A stretch of DNA of 64,000 nt from Deltaproteobacteria bacterium (lineage in GTDB: Bacteria > Myxococcota_A > Polyangia > Nannocystales > Nannocystaceae): positions 2,371,630-2,435,629 of the forward strand of contig JADJEE010000012.1 of the NCBI GenBank assembly GCA_016709225.1, written 5' to 3'. The notes under the pieces were generated by a model, which did no database searches, had not been told where the DNA came from, and saw only the letters and a program-made list of their open reading frames with translations. The translations under genes were made by a program, and so were the position numbers. Within the stretch, counting starts at the first letter, position 1. Each line of letters starts with the position of its first letter. This document shows, one piece after another, positions 52,592-61,476 of the stretch.

Positions 52592-53947
52592 ATGGTCGCG
52601 ATGGATCTCGTGCGTGCAACCATGGTGGGTTTGGTCGTCGCATCGGCGTGCGGCGGTACCGGCGGCGGCGATGGCAGCGGTGACGGCTCCGGTGGTTCGT
52701 CATCGGCGTCGACGCACGGCGACGACAGCAGCGCCGGTGGTTCGTGCGTCGAGGGGTGTCCAGCCGGCAGCGATTGCGTCGACGGCACCTGCGTGCCCTG
52801 GTGCGACTGCGCCGATCCATGCAACTGCGGCTGTGCCGTGGCCGCGGACGACTGCCCGTCGATCGAGTGCTCCGTCGACGGTGACTGCGGCGAAGGCCAG
52901 GTCTGCCTCGACGGCCTGTGCAACCCGGCACCCCCGGACTGCGCGTCGCGTCCACAACCTGGCCCCGCGGAGCCGCTCGCGCTCGGCGAGGGCGACGGCG
53001 TCGTCACGGCGCTGGCCTTCGTCGAGATCGATGCCGGCGCGCCGCAGCTGCTCGTCGCGCGCGGCGACGCCGTGTTGGCCGCGAGCGACACCACCGTGAC
53101 ACCCCTGCTCACCGCCGGGCCGGTGCAGCGCCTCGCAGCCGCCGACCTCGACGGCGATGGCGTGGCCGAGCTCGCCGTCGCCGGCATCGCGCCGGCGCCG
53201 ACACTGCAGGTGTTCCGCCGCGATGCGGACGGCACCACGTGGACCGCCTTTCATGAAGACGCGCTCGGCGGGCACGCCATCGACGTGTTGGTCTTCGGCG
53301 ATCACGACGGTGACGGCATGATCGATCTGTTGGTGCAGACCGAAGCCGGTATCTCGTCGCTGCCGGGCCTCGGCGGCGGCGGTCTCGCGGACGCGGTCGC
53401 GCTGGGTGCCGCACAGGCGCAGGGCCGCATGGCCGCCGGCGATTTCGACGGCGACGGCAGCGTCGACCTCGCATATCCCGTGGCCATGGGCTACGGCATC
53501 ATCGTCGGCGGTGCGGGTGGCGAAGCCGGCCTCGAGGGGGTCGGTGCCGCCTCGCCGTCGGTCGGGATGTTCGCTGACGACTTCGACGGTGACGGCGTGG
53601 TCGATCTGCTCGACGTACGCGCCGACGCGAACCTGCGCCTGTGGGACCCCGCGTTCGGAAGCCGTGGCAACGCCGACGACTTCGATCTCACCGACGTCGT
53701 CCACGTCGGCGTCGCGCGCATCGACAGCAACGAACGGGCCGACGTGTTCGCGATCGCCTCCGACGGCTCGCTGGCGACGCGCTTCGGCTGGGACGTGCGC
53801 CCGGAACTCGAGCTGGTGCCGCTGGCGTGCGACGAGGTCGACGCCTCGCTGACGCCGCCCTCGGTCGTCGCGGTCGGACGCGACGCCGACGGGGTGCTGT
53901 GGCTCGCGACCAGCGATGGCAGCACGGTCGAGCGACGCCGCTGGTGA
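52592..53947 (+). CDS. FG-GAP/VCBS-repeat lipoprotein with Cys-rich N-terminal module
   Basis: MVAMDLVRATMVGLVVASACGG (lipobox; ATG 52592, alternatives 52601/52622). CVEGCPAGSDCVDGTCVPWCDCADPCNCGC… Cys-rich. Repeated DLDGDGVAEL / GDHDGDGMIDLL / GDFDGDGSVDL / DDFDGDGVVDLL FG-GAP calcium-binding motifs. Confidence 0.75.
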   Translation: MVAMDLVRATMVGLVVASACGGTGGGDGSGDGSGGSSSASTHGDDSSAGGSCVEGCPAGSDCVDGTCVPWCDCADPCNCGCAVAADDCPSIECSVDGDCGEGQVCLDGLCNPAPPDCASRPQPGPAEPLALGEGDGVVTALAFVEIDAGAPQLLVARGDAVLAASDTTVTPLLTAGPVQRLAAADLDGDGVAELAVAGIAPAPTLQVFRRDADGTTWTAFHEDALGGHAIDVLVFGDHDGDGMIDLLVQTEAGISSLPGLGGGGLADAVALGAAQAQGRMAAGDFDGDGSVDLAYPVAMGYGIIVGGAGGEAGLEGVGAASPSVGMFADDFDGDGVVDLLDVRADANLRLWDPAFGSRGNADDFDLTDVVHVGVARIDSNERADVFAIASDGSLATRFGWDVRPELELVPLACDEVDASLTPPSVVAVGRDADGVLWLATSDGSTVERRRW

Positions 53948-53976
53948 ACCACCGCGGCGATATGCTCGCGCGCCCC

Positions 53977-55212
53977 TCAGCGTGACAGTCGTGTGATGCC
54001 GGCCGGCAAGCTCGCGAACACCGAGCCGACATCGCCCGCGCGCGCGCTGCTCTGTCCGTCGCTGCCCGCTCGGCCGGGCTGGCCCGCGCTGCCCTCGGCG
54101 CCATCGATGCCGTGCTTGCCCGCCTTGCCGCCGCTGCCCTGGCCGTTGCCGCTGAAGCCACCGTCGCCCGCACGGCCCGCACGGCCGGCCTCACCCGCGC
54201 GACCGGCCGAGGCATCGAGCGCGATCATGCTCGCGAGCTCTGGCAGTGACGCGTCGTAGATCACCTCGAGCACACCGCCGTTGCCGCCGTTGCCACCGCT
54301 GCCTCCGTTGCCGCCGCGGCCACCATTGCCGCCGGTGCCACCGGGGTTGCCTCCGCCGCCGCTGCCTCCGCGACCACCATTGCCACCGGCACCACCATCA
54401 CCGCCGTCGCCCCCACCGGCGACGATCATCACCGGCTTCGAGGCGTCCATGAGCACGAGGTCGTCGACATCGCCCTCGATCTTCACGAGCACCATCCGAT
54501 CGTGGTGTGGCGTCTTCACGAGCGTGGCGTAGGCGGTGATGCGCGGCCCATCGGCACCGTCGCCGCCATTGCCACCGTCGCCACCGTCGTCGCCGATCGC
54601 ACCATCGGCACCCGGCGCGCTGTCACCTCCGCCGTCGCCAGACTTGCCCATCGAGCCTGTCGCACCACCGCGACCGCTGCTGCCGAACTCGCCGAACGAT
54701 CCAGCGTGGGTGATGCAGTCGTAGCTCGGCTCGAAGCGCAGGGTCGAAGGCGCGACCTTGCGCTCGCGGGGATAGCTCGCCGTGATGGTGAAGCCGCTCA
54801 GCTCGTTGGCGAGCATGTCGCTGCCCGGCACGAATGCGCCGGTCTCGAGATCGACCTCGCCGCCCTCGGCGGTGAACCCGAACTCCTCGAAGTCGAGCTT
54901 GCCGGCGTGCTTGCCCTCGTCGGCCAGCGACCAGGTCTCGAGCCGCTTGTGCTTGCCCTTGCGGCGCTTGTGCTGCGCGTCGGCGTACACCGCCAGCTGG
55001 ACGCCACCGCGGGCACAGATGCCCTTGGCGTCGCGCAGCCCCAGCGTGATCTTCGAGACCTCCCAGTGATCGAGCTTGGCGGCGTTCTTCTTCGCCGCAT
55101 CGACCACCATCGTGATGATGCTGCAGCCCGCCAGCGGAGCCGCGAGCGCGGTGACGAGGGACGCGGCGAGCAGCTTCGTGGGGAGCTTCGTTCGGAGCTT
55201 CGTTCGGTGCAT
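53977..55212 (-). CDS. Glycine-rich lipoprotein ((GGxGG)n / GNGG repeats)
   Basis: Starts at M52 of the track ORF (MHRTKLRTKLPTKLLAASLVTALAAPLAGCS lipobox). N-terminal globular part. Long GGDGGDGGAGGNGGRGGSGGGGNPGGTGGNGGRGGNGGSGGNGGNGG tract. Confidence 0.7.
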   Translation of the reverse strand: MHRTKLRTKLPTKLLAASLVTALAAPLAGCSIITMVVDAAKKNAAKLDHWEVSKITLGLRDAKGICARGGVQLAVYADAQHKRRKGKHKRLETWSLADEGKHAGKLDFEEFGFTAEGGEVDLETGAFVPGSDMLANELSGFTITASYPRERKVAPSTLRFEPSYDCITHAGSFGEFGSSGRGGATGSMGKSGDGGGDSAPGADGAIGDDGGDGGNGGDGADGPRITAYATLVKTPHHDRMVLVKIEGDVDDLVLMDASKPVMIVAGGGDGGDGGAGGNGGRGGSGGGGNPGGTGGNGGRGGNGGSGGNGGNGGVLEVIYDASLPELASMIALDASAGRAGEAGRAGRAGDGGFSGNGQGSGGKAGKHGIDGAEGSAGQPGRAGSDGQSSARAGDVGSVFASLPAGITRLSR

Positions 55213-55559
55213 GGCGGGGCCTCTTGGCGTCCCCTCGAGAGCAGGCGGTGTTCCAGGCCCGGGGAGTGCCCCGTGGAGAGCCGCGATACCCGTGGGATCG
55301 CGCAGGCTTGTGCGGCGCACGAAGGGCCCGGGCCGCGAGCTGGGTCGACGCGGATCGATCCGCACACGACCCCTGCGATGACCCGATCCGCGTCGCGGCG
55401 CGACCGCACCGCACCGCGGGCGGTGTCACGTTCGCCCATGGCGTCAGCGCACGATGGTCAGGCCGAACTCCCGCTCGATGCAGGGCGCGCGGGTGAGCGG
55501 GGGTTCGTCGCGACTGCAGAGCCCCGTGCCGCTGCTGGCGTGATAGCCTGTTGGTGCGA

Positions 55560-57386
55560 ATGCTCCGCGTCGCGCTCGCCGCTTGTGCCCTCGCGCTGGC
55601 CTGCGTTCGACCGAGCAGCGCACCGCCCTCGGGTTCGCAAGCCGTGCCGGCGGGGCGCGGGCGGGCGATCGGCATCGTGACCGGCGCTCCGTGGATCGGC
55701 GGCGGCCCGCCGGACCACCGACCGTGGCGGGCGATCACGGCGCTCGACCGTCGATTCGACCTCGTGCCGCTCGACCTCGATGGTCCGATGGAAGCCAGCG
55801 TCGGCGTCGTCGTCGTGCCGCAGCTCTCCTCGCTCACTCAGCCGCAGCTCGAACGCCTCGCGGAAGCCATCGACGGCGGCGTGCCGGCGATCCTCGTCGC
55901 CGATCCGATACCGATCGTCGACCTCCGCCTCGGGCCGAGCGAACCGATCGCCGGCAGCGCGGGGTCGAGCCTGTCGGGCGACACGTCGGGCCCGACCAAA
56001 GGCAATGCCGTCGGGTTTCTCGCACGACTGGGCGTCGCGTGGCGGCCCGGTGACGTCGTGGTCGATGCCGAGGGCATCGCGGACGCGCCGCTCGAGCTGG
56101 TGACCGCCGACGCCAAGGCGCCGCTGGTCGGACCGCTGGTGCTGTCGTTCTCCGGTGACCTCTCCGCCACCGGCGATGCCATCGCGTGGACGCCCCTCGT
56201 GACGACGCGGCGTCCGACGCGGACCGCCGCGAGCGACGACTACGTCCAGCATCATCCGTTGTTCGGGCCGCAACTCATCCGCTCGAGCGAGGAGGCACCC
56301 GTGCCGCGCAAGAGCACCGATGCGCAGGTGCGCACGATCGTGGCCCGCGTCGACGCACCCGGCGGCACGACCCGCGCGCCGGTGATCGTCGCCGCCGACC
56401 TCGACGTCTTCGGCGACGCGCGCATCGACCTCGAGATCGACCACGAGCGAGTTGTCAACGAACGCCTGCTCGCCGGCCTCGTCGGCCAGCTCGTGGGCGA
56501 TGGCGACGACCCCGTGGCACCGGTCGTCGGCGCGCCGTTGTTGGATCCGGCGACGCGCGCCTCGGTCGTCGCGATCGAGGTGCGCTCGCAATACGATCGC
56601 AGGCTGCCGGCGGAGCTCGGCAGTCACCAGGAGCGGCTCCTCCAGTGGCTCCGGTTGGAGCACCGCGAGAACGCGTGGATCATGCATTCCGGCCTCGCCG
56701 AGCCCGCCGAGCCGGCACGCGTGGACGCGCTGCTCGACGCGCTCGCGACGGCGCGCTGGGAGCCCGCGCCAGCAATGTCCACGGTACTGCGAGATCCGAG
56801 CGCCGATGGCACGTCGGACGCGATCCGGATCGTCGCGCGCGATGCCGACGGCGCGACCGTCCTCGACGTGCTCGTCGCCGGCAACGGCGACCCACGACTC
56901 GCGCATCCGACCTTCGCCTCCGAGCCACGCGCCGTCCGGCTGGCGCTCGCGGCGAACCCATCGGTGCGGTCGTTCGCCCGCGGCGTCGATCTCGGCCCGA
57001 CGCCCCCGCAGATCGCGTCGGCATCCGTGACCACCTATCGCATCGACGCGGCGCGAGGGCTCCTCGCCGACGTCCAGACACACCCCGCGAACGCTGCGGC
57101 ACTCGCCGCGTTGCTCGGCGCTCGCTTCTTCCCGATCCATCGATCGACCCAAACGACGGCCCTCGAGCTCGCCGCGCGCGGGTTCAACCTCACGCAAGGC
57201 GGGAAGCTCTGGGGCAGCGTCGGCGAGATCGAGCTGAAGCTCGCGAGCGGCAAGACGATGCGCGTCGTGTTCGGCGCCTCCGGCGACGACGGGCGCGCCA
57301 CGCTCGTCGAGGGACGCGACGACGACGCGCTGTGGATCTACGCCGTCGACGAGGCGATCGTGCAGCGCGTGCTCAGCGGGAGCTGA
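55560..57386 (+). CDS. Hypothetical lipoprotein (possibly GldG/DUF4350-DUF4340-like auxiliary component)
   Basis: The track ORF begins at TTG 55551; I prefer ATG 55560 (MLRVALAACALALAC lipobox). 608 aa, no TM, Ala/Asp/Leu-rich, codon usage typical of the genome. The family assignment is tentative. Confidence 0.65.
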   Translation: MLRVALAACALALACVRPSSAPPSGSQAVPAGRGRAIGIVTGAPWIGGGPPDHRPWRAITALDRRFDLVPLDLDGPMEASVGVVVVPQLSSLTQPQLERLAEAIDGGVPAILVADPIPIVDLRLGPSEPIAGSAGSSLSGDTSGPTKGNAVGFLARLGVAWRPGDVVVDAEGIADAPLELVTADAKAPLVGPLVLSFSGDLSATGDAIAWTPLVTTRRPTRTAASDDYVQHHPLFGPQLIRSSEEAPVPRKSTDAQVRTIVARVDAPGGTTRAPVIVAADLDVFGDARIDLEIDHERVVNERLLAGLVGQLVGDGDDPVAPVVGAPLLDPATRASVVAIEVRSQYDRRLPAELGSHQERLLQWLRLEHRENAWIMHSGLAEPAEPARVDALLDALATARWEPAPAMSTVLRDPSADGTSDAIRIVARDADGATVLDVLVAGNGDPRLAHPTFASEPRAVRLALAANPSVRSFARGVDLGPTPPQIASASVTTYRIDAARGLLADVQTHPANAAALAALLGARFFPIHRSTQTTALELAARGFNLTQGGKLWGSVGEIELKLASGKTMRVVFGASGDDGRATLVEGRDDDALWIYAVDEAIVQRVLSGS

Positions 57387-57500
57387 GCCGGCACGAGGCT
57401 CCCGCACCCCCTTCGAGGGCCGAGCATTCGCCCACCGGGCTCGGACGAGGCCGACTGTGCGCTGAGCCGTCTTGCCCGGCTCGTGCGACCTCCTACGGCG

Positions 57501-60500
57501 ATGCCCACGCGCCCGCTTCCGTGGTTGTTCCCGGCCCTCGTCGTCGCGCTGCCCGCGGTCGCGCACGCGCAGGACGAACCGATCGTCTACGTGCGCTGCC
57601 CCCACACGACCGAGCCGCTGCAGTTGCCGACCGGCACGACGATCTTCGGCATCGACATCTACGACATCCTGCCCGACGTCACGCACTTCTTCGGGGGCTT
57701 CGCAGCACCGTGCGATCTGGTGCTGCGCGAACCCGAGGGCACCGAGACCGTGCTGTACGACTGCACCGCGACCTCGACCGACGAGGCCGGTTGCGCGGCG
57801 ATGGACCCGGCGGTCTCGTTCGACGGCGAGACCATCGCGTTCTCGGTGTTTCGCGGTCCGCTGGTGCCCGGCGAGGAGAGCTTCTCCGAGGCGATCGGCG
57901 GCGACGGGGCCTTTCACGACCTGCCCGGGCGCAACCTCGCGACGACCGAAGCGCAGCTGCACCTGGTCGATGTCGCGAGCGGCGAGGTGACTGCGCTGCC
58001 CCACGTGGCGGGCGCGATCGATGCCGGCCCCGCCTGGCTGCCCGACGGACGCATCGCGTTCACATCGACGCGCGACGGCAACCGCTCGACGATGGTCTTC
58101 GGCACCAACAGCGCCGCGCCGGGTTCGCGGATCTGGTCGATGGATCCCGACGGCCGCAACGTCGATTTGGCGAGCCATCACTCGCTGTCCCAGGAGCAGC
58201 ATCCGCTCGTGCTCGCCGACGGACGCGTGGCCTACTCGAGCTGGCAGATCTTCGGCGGCATCACGTTCCGCTACACCAACGGCAGCCCGGGCGGCTTCGG
58301 CACCATCGGCAACCACTTCAACATCTTCGTGCAGTCACCCGACGGCGCCGAACCGTTCGCGTTCTATGGGCAGCACTGCGGCGACCACTCGCCGATCACC
58401 TCGGCCAATGTCGATCACAAGGCCGCGCACTTTCTCACCCAGGACTCCGCCGGCCGCGTGTGGTTCAACGACTACTACCGCGGCAACAACAACGCGCTCG
58501 GAAACATCGTCGGCGTGATGCCCGAGCCCGAGGGGCAAGAGGGCATGCTCGACCACGAGGCGCCCCTGCCGGATCTGTACGCGCCGCGCGACATCATCCG
58601 ACTCGCGACGTGGTCGAGCAGCTCGGACAGCTTCGCGGCGCTGATGCCTGCGCCCGCGTACGTCCATCCCGAGTACGCCGATCCGCTGCCGTGGGCGGGC
58701 AAGCTCGGCCACCCCACGGCGCTACCCGACGGTGGCCTCGCGGTGGTGTGGGGCAAGGGCGCGTGCAGCACGGTCGCAGACAACGGCGTGTTCGCGTCGT
58801 TGGGCCTGCCCACGCCGCCGAACACCTCCGGCTCGGGGGGTGGCAACGCGGCCAACGTGTTCACCCAGCTCGGCCTCGACACACCGGGCTGTGATGCGGG
58901 CATCTACGAGGTCACGACGATCCCATCGCTGCATCCGAGCGACCTCGAACAGATCGTCGATTCGAAGCAGTATCACGAGATCATGCCGCGCGCGGTGGTC
59001 CCCTACGCGGCGATCCACGGCATCGAACGCCCGGCCGAGATCCCGCGCGCCGATCGGGCCACATCGCGCCCAGACCTTCCTGTCGGCACGCCGTTCGGCC
59101 TGCTCGGCGCCGCGTCGATCCTCGACCGCGAGACCCACCCCGTGGGTGGCATCCACTTCCAGGGCGAGCACCAGTTCCACCTGCAGGGCACCGACACGAT
59201 CGACTACGGCGACGACGATCTGTGCGGCGTGCGGATCCTCGGCGTGATGCCCAACCGCGGCGACAACACCTACGAGCAGATCGCCAACGTCGCCGGGGAG
59301 CGCGTGCTGATCCTGGGCGAGTTCGGCGTGCGCAACACCGACGAGGGCGGCGCCGCGCTGATGGATCCGAGTGGCAACCCCGACACGAGCTTCCTCGTGC
59401 GCTTCCCGGCCAACATGCCGTACTTGATGCAGGGCATCGATTGCGACGGCCGCACGCTCAACACCGACCAGAGCTGGCAGAGCCTGCGCCCCGGTGAGAT
59501 GAAGACCTGCGGTGGATGCCACGTGCACTCGAAGGAATCGCGCGTCGGGTTCGACGAGACCTTCGCCGGCCTCCCCGACTACCCCATCATCACGCTCGGC
59601 GAGGGCACCGTGCCCCTGCTGGCCGGCGTCACCGCCGACGGTCCCGCGGTGCGGGAGGTCGAGGGCTACGGGCTGCAGATCGACTTCGAGCGCGACATTT
59701 CGCCGATCTTCGACGCCCACTGCAGCAGCTGCCATGGCGGCGCGACGCCGGCGGGATCGCTGGCGCTCGATCTGCCGGGTATCGAAGAGGGCTCGACGTG
59801 GTGGTGCCTCGTCGAAGACGGCGGGCAGTCATGCGTGCCCGAGGCGCAACGCATGAACACCGGCGCCGGTGGCAGCAGCACCTCGTTCCGCCGGCCGCAG
59901 CTCACCCGCTACGTGCGCGCGTTCAACTCGCTGGGGAGCTTGCTGTACTGGAAGGCCGCCGGCCAGCGCACCGACGGCAACACCGATGCGACCTTCGACG
60001 ACGCGAGCCCGGCGGAGGATCGCGACCTCGACTTCGGTCCCGCCCACGAGACCACGATCACGCCCGAGGAGCTGGGCCTGCTCGCACGTTGGATCGAGAT
60101 CGGTGCACCTGGCGGCCCCGAGGAGCTCACCGACACGCAGCGCCCCACCCTCACGCTCGCGGCGCTGTACGAGAACGACGCCGTCACGGCGTTGCGCGTC
60201 GGCACCGTCGACGTCCCCAGCGGCATCGATGTCGCGTCGCTGCTGGTGTGCATCGTCGACGGCGCGGGCAACTGCACCACCATGCTCGCCGAAGGCGGCG
60301 CGATGCCCCACGACGTGCTCGAGATCCCGCTCGACACGCCTCTGGACGATCCCGAGGTCGAGGTGCTGGCGCGCGTGCGCGACCTGGCGGGCAACGAGAC
60401 CGAGCTGCGACGCACCGTGCGATGGCTGCTCGACTCGCCGCTGCCGCCCGACCCCGCGGGCACGACCGGTGGCGCGGACGAGAGCGGCTCGGGTTCGGCC

Positions 60501-60689
60501 ACCGCCGACGGCACCGCTGGCGGAGCTTCGGCCGGCACGGCCAACGACGAGAGCGGCGCGGGGCTCGATGGCGGCGGCGGTGGTGGCGGCAGCGGCTGCG
60601 GCTGCACGCAGTCGCGCGGCAGCAGCGGGTGGTGGCTCGCGCTGGTCTGCGTCGTGCTGCGGCGCCGTCGCGCAGCCGCTCGCGCGTGA
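57501..60689 (+). CDS. Secreted TolB-like beta-propeller protein with two CxxCH haem-c motifs and MYXO-CTERM
   Basis: Starts at M7 of the track ORF (MPTRPLPWLFPALVVALPAVAHAQDEP signal). PD40/TolB-like motifs (WLPDGRIAFTSTRDGNRS, LADGRVAYSSW). Then CGGCHVHSKESRVG and DAHCSSCHGGATPAGSLALD. C-terminal …GGGGGGSGCGCTQSRGSSGWWLALVCVVLRRRRAAARA. Confidence 0.8.
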   Translation: MPTRPLPWLFPALVVALPAVAHAQDEPIVYVRCPHTTEPLQLPTGTTIFGIDIYDILPDVTHFFGGFAAPCDLVLREPEGTETVLYDCTATSTDEAGCAAMDPAVSFDGETIAFSVFRGPLVPGEESFSEAIGGDGAFHDLPGRNLATTEAQLHLVDVASGEVTALPHVAGAIDAGPAWLPDGRIAFTSTRDGNRSTMVFGTNSAAPGSRIWSMDPDGRNVDLASHHSLSQEQHPLVLADGRVAYSSWQIFGGITFRYTNGSPGGFGTIGNHFNIFVQSPDGAEPFAFYGQHCGDHSPITSANVDHKAAHFLTQDSAGRVWFNDYYRGNNNALGNIVGVMPEPEGQEGMLDHEAPLPDLYAPRDIIRLATWSSSSDSFAALMPAPAYVHPEYADPLPWAGKLGHPTALPDGGLAVVWGKGACSTVADNGVFASLGLPTPPNTSGSGGGNAANVFTQLGLDTPGCDAGIYEVTTIPSLHPSDLEQIVDSKQYHEIMPRAVVPYAAIHGIERPAEIPRADRATSRPDLPVGTPFGLLGAASILDRETHPVGGIHFQGEHQFHLQGTDTIDYGDDDLCGVRILGVMPNRGDNTYEQIANVAGERVLILGEFGVRNTDEGGAALMDPSGNPDTSFLVRFPANMPYLMQGIDCDGRTLNTDQSWQSLRPGEMKTCGGCHVHSKESRVGFDETFAGLPDYPIITLGEGTVPLLAGVTADGPAVREVEGYGLQIDFERDISPIFDAHCSSCHGGATPAGSLALDLPGIEEGSTWWCLVEDGGQSCVPEAQRMNTGAGGSSTSFRRPQLTRYVRAFNSLGSLLYWKAAGQRTDGNTDATFDDASPAEDRDLDFGPAHETTITPEELGLLARWIEIGAPGGPEELTDTQRPTLTLAALYENDAVTALRVGTVDVPSGIDVASLLVCIVDGAGNCTTMLAEGGAMPHDVLEIPLDTPLDDPEVEVLARVRDLAGNETELRRTVRWLLDSPLPPDPAGTTGGADESGSGSATADGTAGGASAGTANDESGAGLDGGGGGGGSGCGCTQSRGSSGWWLALVCVVLRRRRAAARA

Positions 60690-60851
60690 CCACGGACACG
60701 CGCCACGACGAGCGTGGTTCGTGATCGACGTGACGGTCGATCGCGGCGACGCCGAACGGACCGATCGCGGTGCGGCTCGGCGACGACGCAGCGGCGCTCG
60801 CACGGTTGAGTCGTGGCTCTGTGCAGGCAGTGATGACGTCGCTGCGTCGAG

Positions 60852-61343
60852 CTACACGTGGATCCCGTCCACGGCGAGCGCCTCGACGAGGAGTGCCTTG
60901 CCTTGCGTCAGCCGCTGGGTGTCGCTCAGGCCATTCGGCGAGTGAAGACCCCAGACCTTGGGGAGCCCGACGGTGTGCGCGGGCATGAGGAAGATGTCGA
61001 AGTAGTCGTACCTCTCCTCGTGCCACGCAGTCGACTGCATGTTGTCGGCAACGTGGACGCGGTGATTCCACTCGTTCGCAAACGCCGACCAATATACTTC
61101 TTGCGATTCGTAGTCCTGGAAGAGATATGCGATCGTGGTCCCGTACTCCGCGTTGGTGACGTGAAATGCCTTGGTCCCGACCTCGTGTGCGCTGTTGCAC
61201 CACGGATAGATGACCCCGTGCCAATCTGCGACCTCGCGTGGGCCGATGATGATGCTGAGCCCGGGATTCTCTTGATCGACGATGTTGATCGTGAACTCGT
61301 GTCCGTTGCCGATGATGCGCGCGCCTGTGTTCCAGATTCCCAT
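60852..61343 (-). CDS. Hypothetical cytoplasmic protein encoded in a lower-GC (~57%) island; no recognisable family
   Basis: Starts at M48 of track ORF 60852..61484 (MGIWNTGARIIGNGHEFTINIVDQENPGLSIIIGP…). Uses many A/T-ending codons (atc, aat, gaa, tat, ttc, att) unlike the rest of the window. No signal peptide. Trp/His/Tyr-rich. Confidence 0.55.
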   Translation of the reverse strand: MGIWNTGARIIGNGHEFTINIVDQENPGLSIIIGPREVADWHGVIYPWCNSAHEVGTKAFHVTNAEYGTTIAYLFQDYESQEVYWSAFANEWNHRVHVADNMQSTAWHEERYDYFDIFLMPAHTVGLPKVWGLHSPNGLSDTQRLTQGKALLVEALAVDGIHV

Positions 61344-61476
61344 GGCTTCCTCCTGCGCCGTACGCGGGGGTCCGCGCGTTGACTCGACGACGCAGCCGTG
61401 GGTGCCGTTCGGCGTCGTATCGATCCTCGCGCCACCCGCGAGACAACTCACAGGTCCCGCAGCTCGATCGTCAGGT

